Assembly: GCA_033764015.1 (NCBI GenBank)
Contig: JANRJK010000019.1
Span: 1-64,000 of the forward strand
Direction of reading: 5' to 3'
Origin: Candidatus Sumerlaeia bacterium
GTDB lineage: Bacteria > Sumerlaeota > Sumerlaeia > SLMS01 > JANRJK01
Length of the DNA stretch: 64,000 nt
Below are positions 1-10,173 of the stretch, piece after piece. How positions within the stretch are numbered: position 1 is the stretch's first letter; every line of letters begins with the position of its first letter. The position numbers and the translations under genes were made by a program. The notes under the pieces were generated by a model. That model made no database searches. It saw only the letters and a program-made list of their open reading frames with translations, and was not told the DNA's origin.

Positions 1-151
1 CCCCCCCCCGCCCGCGCGGGGCGGGGGGGGGGGCCCCGCCCCCCCCCCCCCCGCCCGCGTTTCCGGCTCAAATCCATTGCCGGGCCCCCGGCGCCACCCC
101 ATCCTCCCTTCGGGTGCGACCCACCCTCGAACGACGAATCCGGGACCAACG

Positions 152-3100
152 ATGACTTCGAACCGCCTCCGCCGCCGCGCCGCCCTCGCCGCGCTCGCAT
201 CCCTCCTCGCCGCCGCTCCGCCGCTTTCCGCCGCCGACCCGCACGCCGTCTACACGGCGCTCCGCCAGGACCCCGCGAAGATCCTGCTCGAGTACGGCGA
301 GGTGGACCCCGCGCGCGAAGCGCTCCCCGCGGCGCGGCTCTTCTCCACCGCTGAGGCTTCCCGCGCCGAATCGTCCGGGCGCTACTTCCTCGTCCAGTTC
401 AACCGCGCCGCCACGCCCGCGGACCTCGACGAGCGCCGCGCCCGCGGCTGGGAGTTCCTCGGCTACGTCCCGAACAACGCCTACTTCGTCCGACTCCCCG
501 GCGCGGCCTCCCGCGCGGTTCCCCAAGCCGACCCGCTGGTGCGCTGGGCGGACCGCTGGCACGGCGGCTACAAGGCGTCGCAGGCGCTCCGCGAACGCGC
601 CGGCGCCATGCGCTCGAGCGAGCCCGCCACCGTCCTCGCCTCCCTGTGGCCCGGCGAGGATGCGAAAGCCGCCGCCGAGGCGCTCCAAGCCGCCGGCCTC
701 GAACCGCTCGGCATCGCCTACGACTCCACCGGCGGCGCCCGCATCTCCGTCTCCGCGGCGCCGGAGAACTTCGCCGCGCTCGCCGACCTCGAAGCGGTCC
801 GCTGGCTCGAACCGATGAACGAGATCACGACGCGCAACGACTTCGTCACCACGGTAGTCCAATCGGGCGAGGCGGTCTCGAACGGCTCGCGCCCCGTCTG
901 GGCCGCGGGCCTCACCGGCACCGGCGAGATCATCGGCCATATGGACGGCGCGATCATCGAATCGTCCTGCTTCTTCGACGACTCCGCGGCCATCGGCCCC
1001 GGGCACCGCAAGATGGTGCTGCTGGACGGATCCGGCGGCGACACCGCCCACGGCACGCACACCGCCGGCACCGCGGCGGGGCTCAACCTCGCGAGCAACA
1101 CCAACCGCGGCGTGGCCCATAACGCGAAGATCGCCCACGGCAACACCGGACTCGTGACAAACATCGGCAACGCCACCGCGCCCTCCACCTTCGACGCGCG
1201 GCTGCTCGTCGCCCAGAACGCCGGCGCCTTCGTCCACACCAACTCCTGGGGCAACGACGCCGTCACCAGCTACACGAACCTCTGCGAGGACATCGACCGC
1301 TTCTCCTGGGACAACGAGGACGCGCTCATCGTCTTCGCAGCCACCAACACCTCGACGCTCAAGACGCCCGAGAACGCCAAGAACGTCCTCGCGGTGGGCT
1401 CCACGCGGCGCACCAACATCAACGCCGTGAGCACCGGCGGCGCGGGGCCCACGAGCGACGGCCGCCTCAAGCCGGAGATCTTCGCCCCGGGCGAAAACAC
1501 CGTAAGCGCCAGTACCAGCACCTGCTCCACGGCCTCCTCCACCGGCACCAGCATGGCCTGCCCCGCGGTCACCGGCGCCGGCATCCTCGTGCGAGAGTAC
1601 TTCCGCAAAGGCTTCCACCCGGGTGGCGCCGCCTCGGGCGACGGCTTCATCCCTTCCGGCGCCCTCATCAAGGCGGTCCTCCTCAACGGCACCGTCGACA
1701 TGACGAGCGTCACCGGCTACCCGTCCAACGCGGAGGGCTGGGGCCGGCTGCTCCTCGACAACGCGCTCTACTTCGACGGCGACACGCGCACGCTCTATGT
1801 GGCCGACTACCGGCGCAGCGCCGGCGAAGGCCTCGGGCAGGGAGCCACGCGCTCCGAGAGCATCCGGGTCACCTCCACCGCGGAGCCGCTCCGCGTGACG
1901 CTCGCCTTCATGGATCCCGCCGCCTCCATCGGCGCCTCCTCCGCGCCGATCAACAACCTCGACCTCGAGGTCGTCTCGCCGAGTGGAGCCACCTACCGCG
2001 GCAACGTCTTCACCGGAGGTTTCTCATCCACCGGCGGCAGCGCGGACACGCTCAACAACGTCGAGGTGGTCTCCATCGCCGCGCCGGAAGCGGGCGAATG
2101 GACCATCACGGTGCGCGGCACCACGGTCAACGCGCTCTACCCGTCGGTCGGCTACGCGATCGCCGCGAACGGGGCGATCGGGCCCGGAGGCCGCGGCGCG
2201 CTGTCCCTCTCGCCGGGGACCGCCACCTGCGGCGACACCGTCACGGTGACCCTCCGCGACGGCAACGCAACCGGTGGCACGCAGCAAGTCGCCCTCGCGT
2301 CGGACTCCGGCGATACGGAGACGCTCGCCCTCCCGGCCATGGGCGACGGCGTCCACTCCGCCTCGTTCACAATCGCCCAGGGAGTGCCCGCGGCCGGGAA
2401 CGGAACCTTGGAAGGCACCTCCGGCGGCACGTTCTCGGTGACCTACGAGGACGCCGACGCGGGCGAAGGCGCACCCGCGGAGATCGCGACGACCGGCGCG
2501 CTGGATTGCGACGCGCCGGAACCGGTCTCGATCACGCTCCTCGAGGTACGCGACACCACGGCGATCTGGCAGCTGGCCTTCGACGAACCCGCCTCCGGCA
2601 CCTTCACCGCGGGCACGGCCTGCGGCGATTCGACGTACTCCGCGCCGCTCGTGGCCGCAGCGGCCCCGAACACCTACACCGCCAGCCTCGCCGGCCTCCC
2701 GCCGGGAACACTTCTGCGCGGGCGTGCGGAGGTCCAGGACTCCATTGGCAACAGCGCGGTCCTCGATGCGGGCGGCGCCTGCTTCCCATTCACGACGCTC
2801 GCGTTCCAGCGGACCGCGTTCTTCGACATGGAGCCTGATAGCGACGGCATCACCACCGCCCTGATTTCCGGCTCCACCGGGGCGAACTGGCAGTGGGTCA
2901 CGTACGCGAACAGCGCAAGCCCCACCCACTCCATGTTCGGTCCCAACATCAATACGGCCGCCACAGCCGCCATGGCCACCCCGCAGGTCCAGATCCCCGC
3001 GGGCGGCGGACTGCTCCGCTTCAAGCACACCTTCCAATTCGAGTCGGGAAGCTGGGACGGCGGCATCATCGAAGTCCAGCCGCAGGGGAGCGGCGCGTGG

Positions 3101-3394
3101 TCGAACCTCGGCCCGAGGATCCTCGCGGGAGGCTACAACGGCACTTTGGCCAGCGGCACCACCAACCCCCTCGCCGGTATCCAAGGATTCGTGGGCGGCA
3201 CCCTCGGCCAAATGACCGAAGTCGTCGTCGACCTCTCCCCCTGGGCTGGCCAGTCGGTCTCGGTCCGCTGGCGCACCGGATCCGACGGCAGCGTCGGCGG
3301 CTCCGGCTGGTACGTGGACGACATCGAGTTTGGTACGTTCACCTCCGCCGTCCCGCCCGCGACGGAGACCGGTTGGCAGGTGCTCGGCAACTAG
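152..3394 (+). CDS. Secreted S8 (subtilisin, KP-43-like) serine protease with C-terminal beta-sandwich domains
   Basis: Signal peptide MTSNRLRRRAALAALASLLAAA from ATG 152; triad motifs GHMDG / HGTHTAGT / GTSMACP; KP-43-like LKPEIFAPG, PSGALIKAVLLNG, NNLDLEV..NNVEVV; C-terminal WDGGIIEV..GWYVDDI module. Confidence 0.9.
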   Translation: MTSNRLRRRAALAALASLLAAAPPLSAADPHAVYTALRQDPAKILLEYGEVDPAREALPAARLFSTAEASRAESSGRYFLVQFNRAATPADLDERRARGWEFLGYVPNNAYFVRLPGAASRAVPQADPLVRWADRWHGGYKASQALRERAGAMRSSEPATVLASLWPGEDAKAAAEALQAAGLEPLGIAYDSTGGARISVSAAPENFAALADLEAVRWLEPMNEITTRNDFVTTVVQSGEAVSNGSRPVWAAGLTGTGEIIGHMDGAIIESSCFFDDSAAIGPGHRKMVLLDGSGGDTAHGTHTAGTAAGLNLASNTNRGVAHNAKIAHGNTGLVTNIGNATAPSTFDARLLVAQNAGAFVHTNSWGNDAVTSYTNLCEDIDRFSWDNEDALIVFAATNTSTLKTPENAKNVLAVGSTRRTNINAVSTGGAGPTSDGRLKPEIFAPGENTVSASTSTCSTASSTGTSMACPAVTGAGILVREYFRKGFHPGGAASGDGFIPSGALIKAVLLNGTVDMTSVTGYPSNAEGWGRLLLDNALYFDGDTRTLYVADYRRSAGEGLGQGATRSESIRVTSTAEPLRVTLAFMDPAASIGASSAPINNLDLEVVSPSGATYRGNVFTGGFSSTGGSADTLNNVEVVSIAAPEAGEWTITVRGTTVNALYPSVGYAIAANGAIGPGGRGALSLSPGTATCGDTVTVTLRDGNATGGTQQVALASDSGDTETLALPAMGDGVHSASFTIAQGVPAAGNGTLEGTSGGTFSVTYEDADAGEGAPAEIATTGALDCDAPEPVSITLLEVRDTTAIWQLAFDEPASGTFTAGTACGDSTYSAPLVAAAAPNTYTASLAGLPPGTLLRGRAEVQDSIGNSAVLDAGGACFPFTTLAFQRTAFFDMEPDSDGITTALISGSTGANWQWVTYANSASPTHSMFGPNINTAATAAMATPQVQIPAGGGLLRFKHTFQFESGSWDGGIIEVQPQGSGAWSNLGPRILAGGYNGTLASGTTNPLAGIQGFVGGTLGQMTEVVVDLSPWAGQSVSVRWRTGSDGSVGGSGWYVDDIEFGTFTSAVPPATETGWQVLGN

Positions 3395-3425
3395 GCGGCG
3401 GCGCGGGGCTTCGAGGCCCCGGCCT

Positions 3426-5381
3426 TCATCCCGCCTTCACCTCCTTGCGGAGGCGGGCGGGCAGGATCTTGAGCTGCTCGCGGTACTTCGCCACGGTGCG
3501 GCGGGCGATCTGGATGCCCTTGTCCTTCAGCTTGTCGGCGATCTTCTGGTCGCTCAGCGGGCGCTTCGGATTCTCCGCGCCGATGAGCTGCGTGATGATC
3601 TCCTTGATCGAACGCGACGCCGCCATGTCGCCCTCGTCCGTCTCGAGGCCGCTGTTGAAGAAGTACTTGAGCGGAAACACGCCGCGGGGCGTTTCGACGA
3701 ACTTGTTCGAGGTGACGCGCGCGATCGTCGACTCGTGCATGCCGACCACCTCCGCGATGTCCCGCAGCGTCAGCGGCCGCAGCGACTCGATGCCCTTCTC
3801 GAGGAACCCCTTCTGGTACTCCATGATCGCCTCCGTGACGCGGAGGATCGTGGACTTGCGCTTCTCGATGTTCTTGATCAGCCACACCGCGCTCTTCAGC
3901 TTCGCGTGGGCGAACTCCGGATCGAGCTTCACCACCTCGGGAGCGGCGGGGAGGTCCACATCCTCCATCACCGGGCGGCCTTCCGCGTCGGTGTTCGCCT
4001 CGCCCTTCACCAGCCGGCGGTAGGTGGACGGCACCACCAGCCGGCCGGCGTCGCCCTCGTTCAGGAAGTAAAGGTACCGCCCGTCCACTTTCTTCACATA
4101 CACGTCGGGGACGATGGTGCGCGGAATCTCCTTCGACTTCGAGCGGCCCGGGCGGGGCTCCAGGCGCGAAACCTCGTTGAAGACGCGGCCCACCTCCTCC
4201 TCGGAGGTGGCGTACAGCTTCGCCAAGTCACGGAACTTCTTCTGCAGCAACAGGTCCAGCGACTCCTCGAGGATGCGGTAAAGGAGGCGCGTGCGGATGC
4301 CCTTCTCCTCGCACTGCAGCCGGAGGCACTCGGCGAGGTTCCGGGCGCCGACGCCGGTGGGTTCGAACTCCTGCACCACCTCCAGCACGTCGAACACCGT
4401 TTCCGGCGTGGTCTTCATCCGGAATGCGACCACTTCGAGCAGCAGCTCCTCCCGGGCCACCGTGTCCAACGCGTCGCGGTCCAGCCCCATGCGCACCGCG
4501 ATCATGCGGCGCAGCAACAGGTCCTTCCCGCCCCGGGCGGCCTCGTCGTATTGCGTCTTCGTCAGGTACGAAAGGCAGCGCAGGATCAATTCCTTGCGCT
4601 TCATCGTCTCGTAGGCGGCGGGGTCCACACCGCCGTGCATGCGCGCCAGCGCCCGCCGCAGCCGCCGGTCCACCGCCTCCGCCGGTCCCGCCAATTCCGG
4701 GCGGACGTACTCGACCGGCACGCGCATCATCAGCGCGAGGTTCTCCGGCGAGCAGTCGAGGTACCCGTCCTCGTTAAGGTTTCCGACCAGGAACTCGCCG
4801 ACAGCCAGTTCGGCTCCTCGAAGCGACGACAGCGAAAGCTGCCGCCGGAGCGATTCGTAGAGGCCCTCCTGCAAGGCCGTATACTCGGTGAAGTCCCGCT
4901 CCTCGTCCGGATCCTCCGCGATGGAAGCGGTCTTGATCGTGTCCGAATCGTCGTACTGGCTCTCCCAATCGACGTCGTTCTGGGAAAAAGTCTCGAACTC
5001 CGCGGACTCCTCGCCGGCGGCGCTCGCCTCGACGCCGGACCCGTCCGGGGGTGCCGCGGCGATGCGGTCCAACGTGGCCTCGGGGCCCTCGGAGAAGTCC
5101 TCGTCACCCATGGCGGGGTCCGGAGCGGCCTGCTCCGAGAGACCCGACTCTGGCGCGGCGGGGAACTCCGGCGCGTCGGAGCCCTCCACGGTGGACGGCC
5201 CCGATTCGAGCTGCTCCAAGTCGTCGGCCACCTCGAGGAACGGGTTCTCGAGCATCTCGTTCCGGATCATCTGCTCGAGGTCCATCGAGTTCATCTGGAG
5301 GAGCTGGATCGACTGCTGCATCTGCGGCGTCATGATCAGACGCTGCGTCTGCCGCATCGATTGCTGCATCGAGAGAGCCAT
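3426..5381 (-). CDS. rpoN: RNA polymerase sigma-54 factor
   Basis: Gln-rich region I (QRLIMTPQMQQSIQLLQ), GNLNEDGYL, EPTGVGARNLAECL, HESTIARVT, RpoN box ARRTVAKYRE; start moved to ATG 5381. Confidence 0.97.
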   Translation of the reverse strand: MALSMQQSMRQTQRLIMTPQMQQSIQLLQMNSMDLEQMIRNEMLENPFLEVADDLEQLESGPSTVEGSDAPEFPAAPESGLSEQAAPDPAMGDEDFSEGPEATLDRIAAAPPDGSGVEASAAGEESAEFETFSQNDVDWESQYDDSDTIKTASIAEDPDEERDFTEYTALQEGLYESLRRQLSLSSLRGAELAVGEFLVGNLNEDGYLDCSPENLALMMRVPVEYVRPELAGPAEAVDRRLRRALARMHGGVDPAAYETMKRKELILRCLSYLTKTQYDEAARGGKDLLLRRMIAVRMGLDRDALDTVAREELLLEVVAFRMKTTPETVFDVLEVVQEFEPTGVGARNLAECLRLQCEEKGIRTRLLYRILEESLDLLLQKKFRDLAKLYATSEEEVGRVFNEVSRLEPRPGRSKSKEIPRTIVPDVYVKKVDGRYLYFLNEGDAGRLVVPSTYRRLVKGEANTDAEGRPVMEDVDLPAAPEVVKLDPEFAHAKLKSAVWLIKNIEKRKSTILRVTEAIMEYQKGFLEKGIESLRPLTLRDIAEVVGMHESTIARVTSNKFVETPRGVFPLKYFFNSGLETDEGDMAASRSIKEIITQLIGAENPKRPLSDQKIADKLKDKGIQIARRTVAKYREQLKILPARLRKEVKAG

Positions 5382-5725
5382 GGCTCCGCTTCCTGAGGGC
5401 CTAGCCGGTGGACACCGACGCGCCCTTGCCAAGGATTGACACGCTTGGTGTTAGGTCCGGATTTCCGCTAGCTGTGGTGGCTTCTGGCTTACACACTAGC
5501 AAGAATCGGGCTAACCCCGAGGGCTAGAATGCGGGAACTTGGCGGGTGGTCAAGCAGTTCCCGAAGCAAGAAAGGTGACGACTCGACAAGACCAACCCCG
5601 GAGGGCGCCGGGCGCAAGGGCAGGGCCGCATCCCGAGAGGGAACTTCGCCGTTGCTCGGCGCCGCTACCCATGTGATTCCTCCACCCAGACCCAGACCAT
5701 TTATCCCCCCGGCAAAGTCATCGAC

Positions 5726-7486
5726 ATGGCCTCCCCCCCCCGAACGTGGGCGCTCCTCATTCTGGTGCTTCTCCTCCTGGGCGGAGGCGCGGCGCTCTTC
5801 TTCGTCGGATTCCGTTCCATTCCACCCGACGAAAGCCGTGCGGATGCCGTGGAGACCCCCTCCCCCACACCCCCCCCGCCGAGCGGCCCGCGCACCTACT
5901 TCGACGACTATCCCCCCGATCCGCTCGGCGTTGCCTCCACGCGCCTGCGCGGCACGGTGCTCGTCCTGCCGGCCGCCGCCCCCGCCGGCGCCTATGCCAC
6001 CGCCGCGGCGGTCCGCGACGCCCTCCTCGACCATCTCAACGCGCGGAGCAGCGGTTCGGTCCGCTTCGCCGACTACGAAACGCTCCATGGCCTCGTCGAT
6101 TGGGACGATGCGCGCCCGACAGGCGAGGCGCCCTCGCCCAATGATGCCGACTTCGCCATGCGGTACATCCGCGCGGACCTTTCGGTGCTGGTGGAGGCGA
6201 CCGGCGATCCGGCCACACTCCGCCTCCTGCTCCGCAGCCCGGACGGCTCCGAGTCGGCATCGACGGTGGCGTTCTCCGCGGAGCAGCCACTCGCCGCAGT
6301 AAGTGAGCTTGCGGGCGCCATCGCGGACGAACTCCCCGCCGACCTCCCGGCGGAGGAGCGCGCCGCGTACGGCGTTCCGCCCTACGCGGGGCTTTTCCAG
6401 ACCTTCGACGAAGTGGCCGAGGCGCGGGCGTCCGACCGCGCCGCCGCGGAGGAACTCCTCGCGAAGGCTCCCGGCGACGTCGAGGTCCGCGCGCTGGTCG
6501 CGCCCGCGCTTCTCGCCGCGGACGCGGAGCGCGCCGCGGAGCTGCTCGTCACCGGCCCCGCCGGATTCGCCGCCGGACCAGCCGAACACCTCCTCCGCGT
6601 CGCGGTCTGGCGAGGGAACGGCGCGCGCCGCGCCGCGCGCTTCGAACTCCTTATCGGGCACAACCGCTTTCCCGGCGGATTCCCCACGCTCGCGGAGGTC
6701 TCCAACGCGTTCGGCCCCCGCGATCTCCCAGAGGCCATCTACAACATCCTCCACTATTGGCACGGCAGGGCCCCGCAAACCGGTCCCGAGCTTTCCCTTT
6801 CCGCCGCGCTCGCGACACGGGTGTGCGAGGGTTTCGTGGTCGAGCGCCCCTACGCGGAACTAGATGCAGAGACCCTGGACACGATAAGCTACTTCCGCGA
6901 AGCCACTGAGTTGAGGATCGCTTCGCTGCGCGAGGCGGTGGGGTCGCGCCCCGAGCAAGTCGCTCTCGAGATTTCGAAGGCCGCCATCCAGGGCCAGCGC
7001 GACGACGTGCACCTGCTCCTTCGCGAGGGCCTCGTGCTCCACCCCGCCAGCTTCGCGATCCGGGCGGCCGCCCTCAAGGCGGCGCTCCCGCGCTTCGGCG
7101 GTTCCGGGGACGAGTTCGCCGCGCTCGCCACCGAGTTCGCCGCCGAAGCCGCAAACCATCCGGAACTCCACCTGCTCCCGTACCACGCGTTCCGCGCGGA
7201 GCGCTTCCTCGACCATCTTCGCGGCGAGGCGGAGGCGGGCGCGCTTCGCGAGGCCGCCGCCGCGGACGCCTCCGCATGGGAGCCGGCCGCGCAGGGCCTC
7301 GCCGCCTTCGTCGAGGCCGGGCCTCCCGCCCACCGCGCCGCCTACGCGCTGCGCCTGCTCGCCGCCGGCGGGGGGGCGCGCCTCGACGAGGCGCTCGCCG
7401 CGGTCCCCGCCGACCGCGCGCCGCTCGTGGCGGCGGAGCTGCGCCGCCACGGCGCCGAGGAACTGGCCGGGCGCGTGCTCCCGTAG
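5726..7486 (+). CDS. Membrane-anchored hypothetical protein, possible DUF4034-like C-terminal region
   Basis: N-terminal TM helix ([19 protein letters not shown]), Pro-rich linker, helical repeats, ALPRFGGS resembling the PRWGGS motif. Confidence 0.6.
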   Translation: MASPPRTWALLILVLLLLGGGAALFFVGFRSIPPDESRADAVETPSPTPPPPSGPRTYFDDYPPDPLGVASTRLRGTVLVLPAAAPAGAYATAAAVRDALLDHLNARSSGSVRFADYETLHGLVDWDDARPTGEAPSPNDADFAMRYIRADLSVLVEATGDPATLRLLLRSPDGSESASTVAFSAEQPLAAVSELAGAIADELPADLPAEERAAYGVPPYAGLFQTFDEVAEARASDRAAAEELLAKAPGDVEVRALVAPALLAADAERAAELLVTGPAGFAAGPAEHLLRVAVWRGNGARRAARFELLIGHNRFPGGFPTLAEVSNAFGPRDLPEAIYNILHYWHGRAPQTGPELSLSAALATRVCEGFVVERPYAELDAETLDTISYFREATELRIASLREAVGSRPEQVALEISKAAIQGQRDDVHLLLREGLVLHPASFAIRAAALKAALPRFGGSGDEFAALATEFAAEAANHPELHLLPYHAFRAERFLDHLRGEAEAGALREAAAADASAWEPAAQGLAAFVEAGPPAHRAAYALRLLAAGGGARLDEALAAVPADRAPLVAAELRRHGAEELAGRVLP

Positions 7487-7500
7487 CGGGGCGGGCCCGA

Positions 7501-7529
7501 TTGACCACGCCGCACCCGCGCGGCACCAT
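7501..7529 (+). promoter_or_regulatory. Putative sigma70-type promoter of trpB
   Basis: TTGACC-17 bp-CACCAT about 35 bp upstream of the start. Confidence 0.3.
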
Positions 7530-7563
7530 CGATACGAACGCGCACCGCAAGGAGCACCCGCCC

Positions 7564-8799
7564 ATGTCCGATAGCACCGCCACCCAACTGCCCCACTCGA
7601 CCGCGCTCCCCGACGCGGCGGGGCGCTTCGGGGGCTTCGGCGGGCGCTACGTGCCCGAAACACTGATGCAGACGCTGATCGAACTCGAGGCGGCGTACCG
7701 CTCCGTGGCCTTCGACGACGCGTTCCAAGCCGAACTGGCCCGCCTGCTCTCCGAGTTCGCCGGCCGCGAGACGCCGCTCACCCGCGCGCGCCGCTACGAG
7801 CACGCCCTCGGCGGGCGCTTCCGCATCTACTTCAAGCGCGAGGACCTGCTCCACACCGGCGCCCACAAGCTGAACAACACCCTCGGCCAGGCGCTCCTCG
7901 CGCAGCGCCTCGGCAAGCGCCGCATCATCGCGGAAACCGGCGCCGGACAGCACGGCGTCGCCACCGCCACCGCCTGCGCGCTCCTCGGCCTCGAATGCAC
8001 CGTCTTCATGGGCGAGGAGGACACCCGCCGCCAAGCGCTCAACGTCACCCGCATGCGCCTCATGGGCGCCAAGGTGCAGCCCGTCACCAGCGGCACCGGC
8101 ACGCTGAAGGACGCCACCAACGAAGCGATGCGCGAGTGGATGTCCACCTGCGACGACACGCACTACATCATCGGCTCCTGCGTGGGCCCGCACCCGTTCC
8201 CCATGATGGTGCGCGACTTCCAGAGCGTGATCGGCAAGGAGGCCAAGGAGCAGCTCGCGGAGCGCGAAGGCCGCCTGCCGGACCACGTCGTCGCCTGCGT
8301 CGGCGGCGGATCGAACGCCATGGGCATCTTCTTCCCGTTCTACGACGAGCCCTCCGTGCGCCTCTGGGGCGCGGAGGCCGCCGGCCACGGCGTCGCGAGC
8401 GGACTCCACGCCGCCTCCATCGCCGCCGGGCAGATCGGCGTCTTCCACGGCTCCCGCAGCTTCGTCCTCCAAACCCCCGACGGACAGATCACCCCGGCTC
8501 ACTCGATCAGCGCCGGCCTCGACTACCCCGGCATCGGCCCCGAGCACGCCTTCTACGCCGATAGCGGCCGCGCCACCTACCTCCCCATCGACGACGACGA
8601 GGCGATCGCCTCGCTCCGCCGCGTGAGCGAACTCGAAGGCATCATCCCCGCCATCGAAACCGCCCACGCCACCGCGCTGCTCGAAAAGCTCGCGCCCAGG
8701 ATCGCCGACGACGCCGTGGTGCTCGTCTCCCTCTCCGGCCGCGGCGACAAGGATGTGGCCACGCTGAAGGCCCTGCTGGACGCGGAAGCGGAGAGCTAG
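7564..8799 (+). CDS. trpB: Tryptophan synthase beta chain
   Basis: [30 protein letters not shown] (PLP Lys), [27 protein letters not shown] 7564 after AGGAG. Confidence 0.98.
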   Translation: MSDSTATQLPHSTALPDAAGRFGGFGGRYVPETLMQTLIELEAAYRSVAFDDAFQAELARLLSEFAGRETPLTRARRYEHALGGRFRIYFKREDLLHTGAHKLNNTLGQALLAQRLGKRRIIAETGAGQHGVATATACALLGLECTVFMGEEDTRRQALNVTRMRLMGAKVQPVTSGTGTLKDATNEAMREWMSTCDDTHYIIGSCVGPHPFPMMVRDFQSVIGKEAKEQLAEREGRLPDHVVACVGGGSNAMGIFFPFYDEPSVRLWGAEAAGHGVASGLHAASIAAGQIGVFHGSRSFVLQTPDGQITPAHSISAGLDYPGIGPEHAFYADSGRATYLPIDDDEAIASLRRVSELEGIIPAIETAHATALLEKLAPRIADDAVVLVSLSGRGDKDVATLKALLDAEAES

Positions 8800-8882
8800 T
8801 CGAGGGGGAGGCCCGCCCCGATTCCGGTTGCGAGAACGCCGTAAGCCGGGCTTCCCTCGCCGCCACGGAGGAAGCCGACGAC

Positions 8883-10151
8883 GTGTGCTTGACGAGATCG
8901 AGCAAGACGGGGAAAGCGCCGCCAACGGCCGAGGTCATCGGCGAAGAGTCGAGCGGGATGCAGACGCTTCGCGTGCCGCCCGGTGGCGGGGGCATCATCG
9001 AGTTGGATCGCATCTTTGGGCTAAAGGCGGTCGAAGCTTACGAGTACACCCCCTACGGCATTCCTACCGTTCACTACAAGGACGGGGCGATGGTTCGCAC
9101 CGTCGTGTGGGACGACGACAAGGATACTGTCACCACCACTTCAAGCGTTACCAGTAATACACGTCGAGGCGAGTTTGCGGACGCGGCGTACCTGACGATG
9201 AGCGACTCTCCGTTCGGAGCGAGCTCATTTGACAAGGGGCGCGTGCGTAACTCCGCCGCGATGTCGCGGATTGGTATCAAGCACCTCTACATGGCCCGGC
9301 CTTGGATTCCAGTTGGCGAAGTGTACCACATCCGCGCACGTTGGTACTCCCCGTTCGAGGGGCGGTTCATTACTCTTGATCCGATTGGGTACGCAGGGGG
9401 TGCGAGTCAGTACATGTATTGCATGGGGGATTCTATTGACTTTATCGATCCGTTTGGCGAGGCCCCACTTGACTGGGGCATTTGGTTGCAGGAGTGGTCT
9501 GAACCGCTGGAGGTGAAGGCTGCAAGATATGGTACGGGACCGATCAGCAATGTCATCGGGTTCGGTGGTTACTACATGGCCAGTAGTGTAACTGCAGTTG
9601 GAGATATGCTGCAAGTCGGCACAGGACTGCACGCTGCTTGTAGCGGCTACGACATGAGTGGGCGGAAGCTTTCGACATTGGAGCGTTCTGAGCATCTATC
9701 CGGTGACATTTTCCGGGGTGTCGCCATCGGAGCTAGTGTGTATGGTGTCGGTAGAGGTTTCGACAGGATGGCATTTGGAAGTCGTAGGAATAGATTCTTG
9801 TACGATGGATGGGAAAAGAGTCGCGGCGAGATTTTGATCTTGGCTGAGAAGAACGGTGGACGAATGCTGGCGAATACTCCTGCCGGTCGCTTTGCTACAA
9901 CTCTAGATAATGCAATGGGAAAGTCGGGGATGAGTAGCGAGCTAAGAGGGGGAGTATCGAATCGCATGTGGGATCATATGTCCCGCCACTATGCTCGGAC
10001 TGCAAGGGGGAGGACATTCATCGCCCCGCTGGGAAAGAACCCTAACTCCGTGCTAAGGCGGGTTGAGATGCCTGAACTGATGAACAATAGTTGTGCTGAT
10101 GTGCGTTACGTAGCGCGCGAGTACTTCGAGGCGCTTGGATGGCATCAATGA
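8883..10151 (+). CDS. Truncated (orphan) Rhs-core protein with C-terminal toxin domain
   Basis: YEYTPYG, YHIRARWYSPFEGRFITLDPIGYAGG..YMY..DFIDPFG Rhs core; visibly AT-richer than the flanks; start uncertain. Confidence 0.85.
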   Translation: MCLTRSSKTGKAPPTAEVIGEESSGMQTLRVPPGGGGIIELDRIFGLKAVEAYEYTPYGIPTVHYKDGAMVRTVVWDDDKDTVTTTSSVTSNTRRGEFADAAYLTMSDSPFGASSFDKGRVRNSAAMSRIGIKHLYMARPWIPVGEVYHIRARWYSPFEGRFITLDPIGYAGGASQYMYCMGDSIDFIDPFGEAPLDWGIWLQEWSEPLEVKAARYGTGPISNVIGFGGYYMASSVTAVGDMLQVGTGLHAACSGYDMSGRKLSTLERSEHLSGDIFRGVAIGASVYGVGRGFDRMAFGSRRNRFLYDGWEKSRGEILILAEKNGGRMLANTPAGRFATTLDNAMGKSGMSSELRGGVSNRMWDHMSRHYARTARGRTFIAPLGKNPNSVLRRVEMPELMNNSCADVRYVAREYFEALGWHQ

Positions 10152-10173
10152 ATCGTCCCTTCGGAGGTGCATC

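Noticed and set aside
1..60. Poly-C/poly-G tracts at the window start (G-quadruplex or hairpin-like)
   Set aside because: Low-complexity homopolymers at the sequence edge; most likely a contig-end or base-calling artefact of a GC hairpin
5382..5500. Sigma-54 (-24/-12) promoter for rpoN autoregulation
   Set aside because: TTGGCA is present on the minus strand but there is no correctly spaced TTGC
8800..8882. att sites or target-site duplication bounding the Rhs islet
   Set aside because: No convincing direct repeat found by eye between this end and 11170-11260
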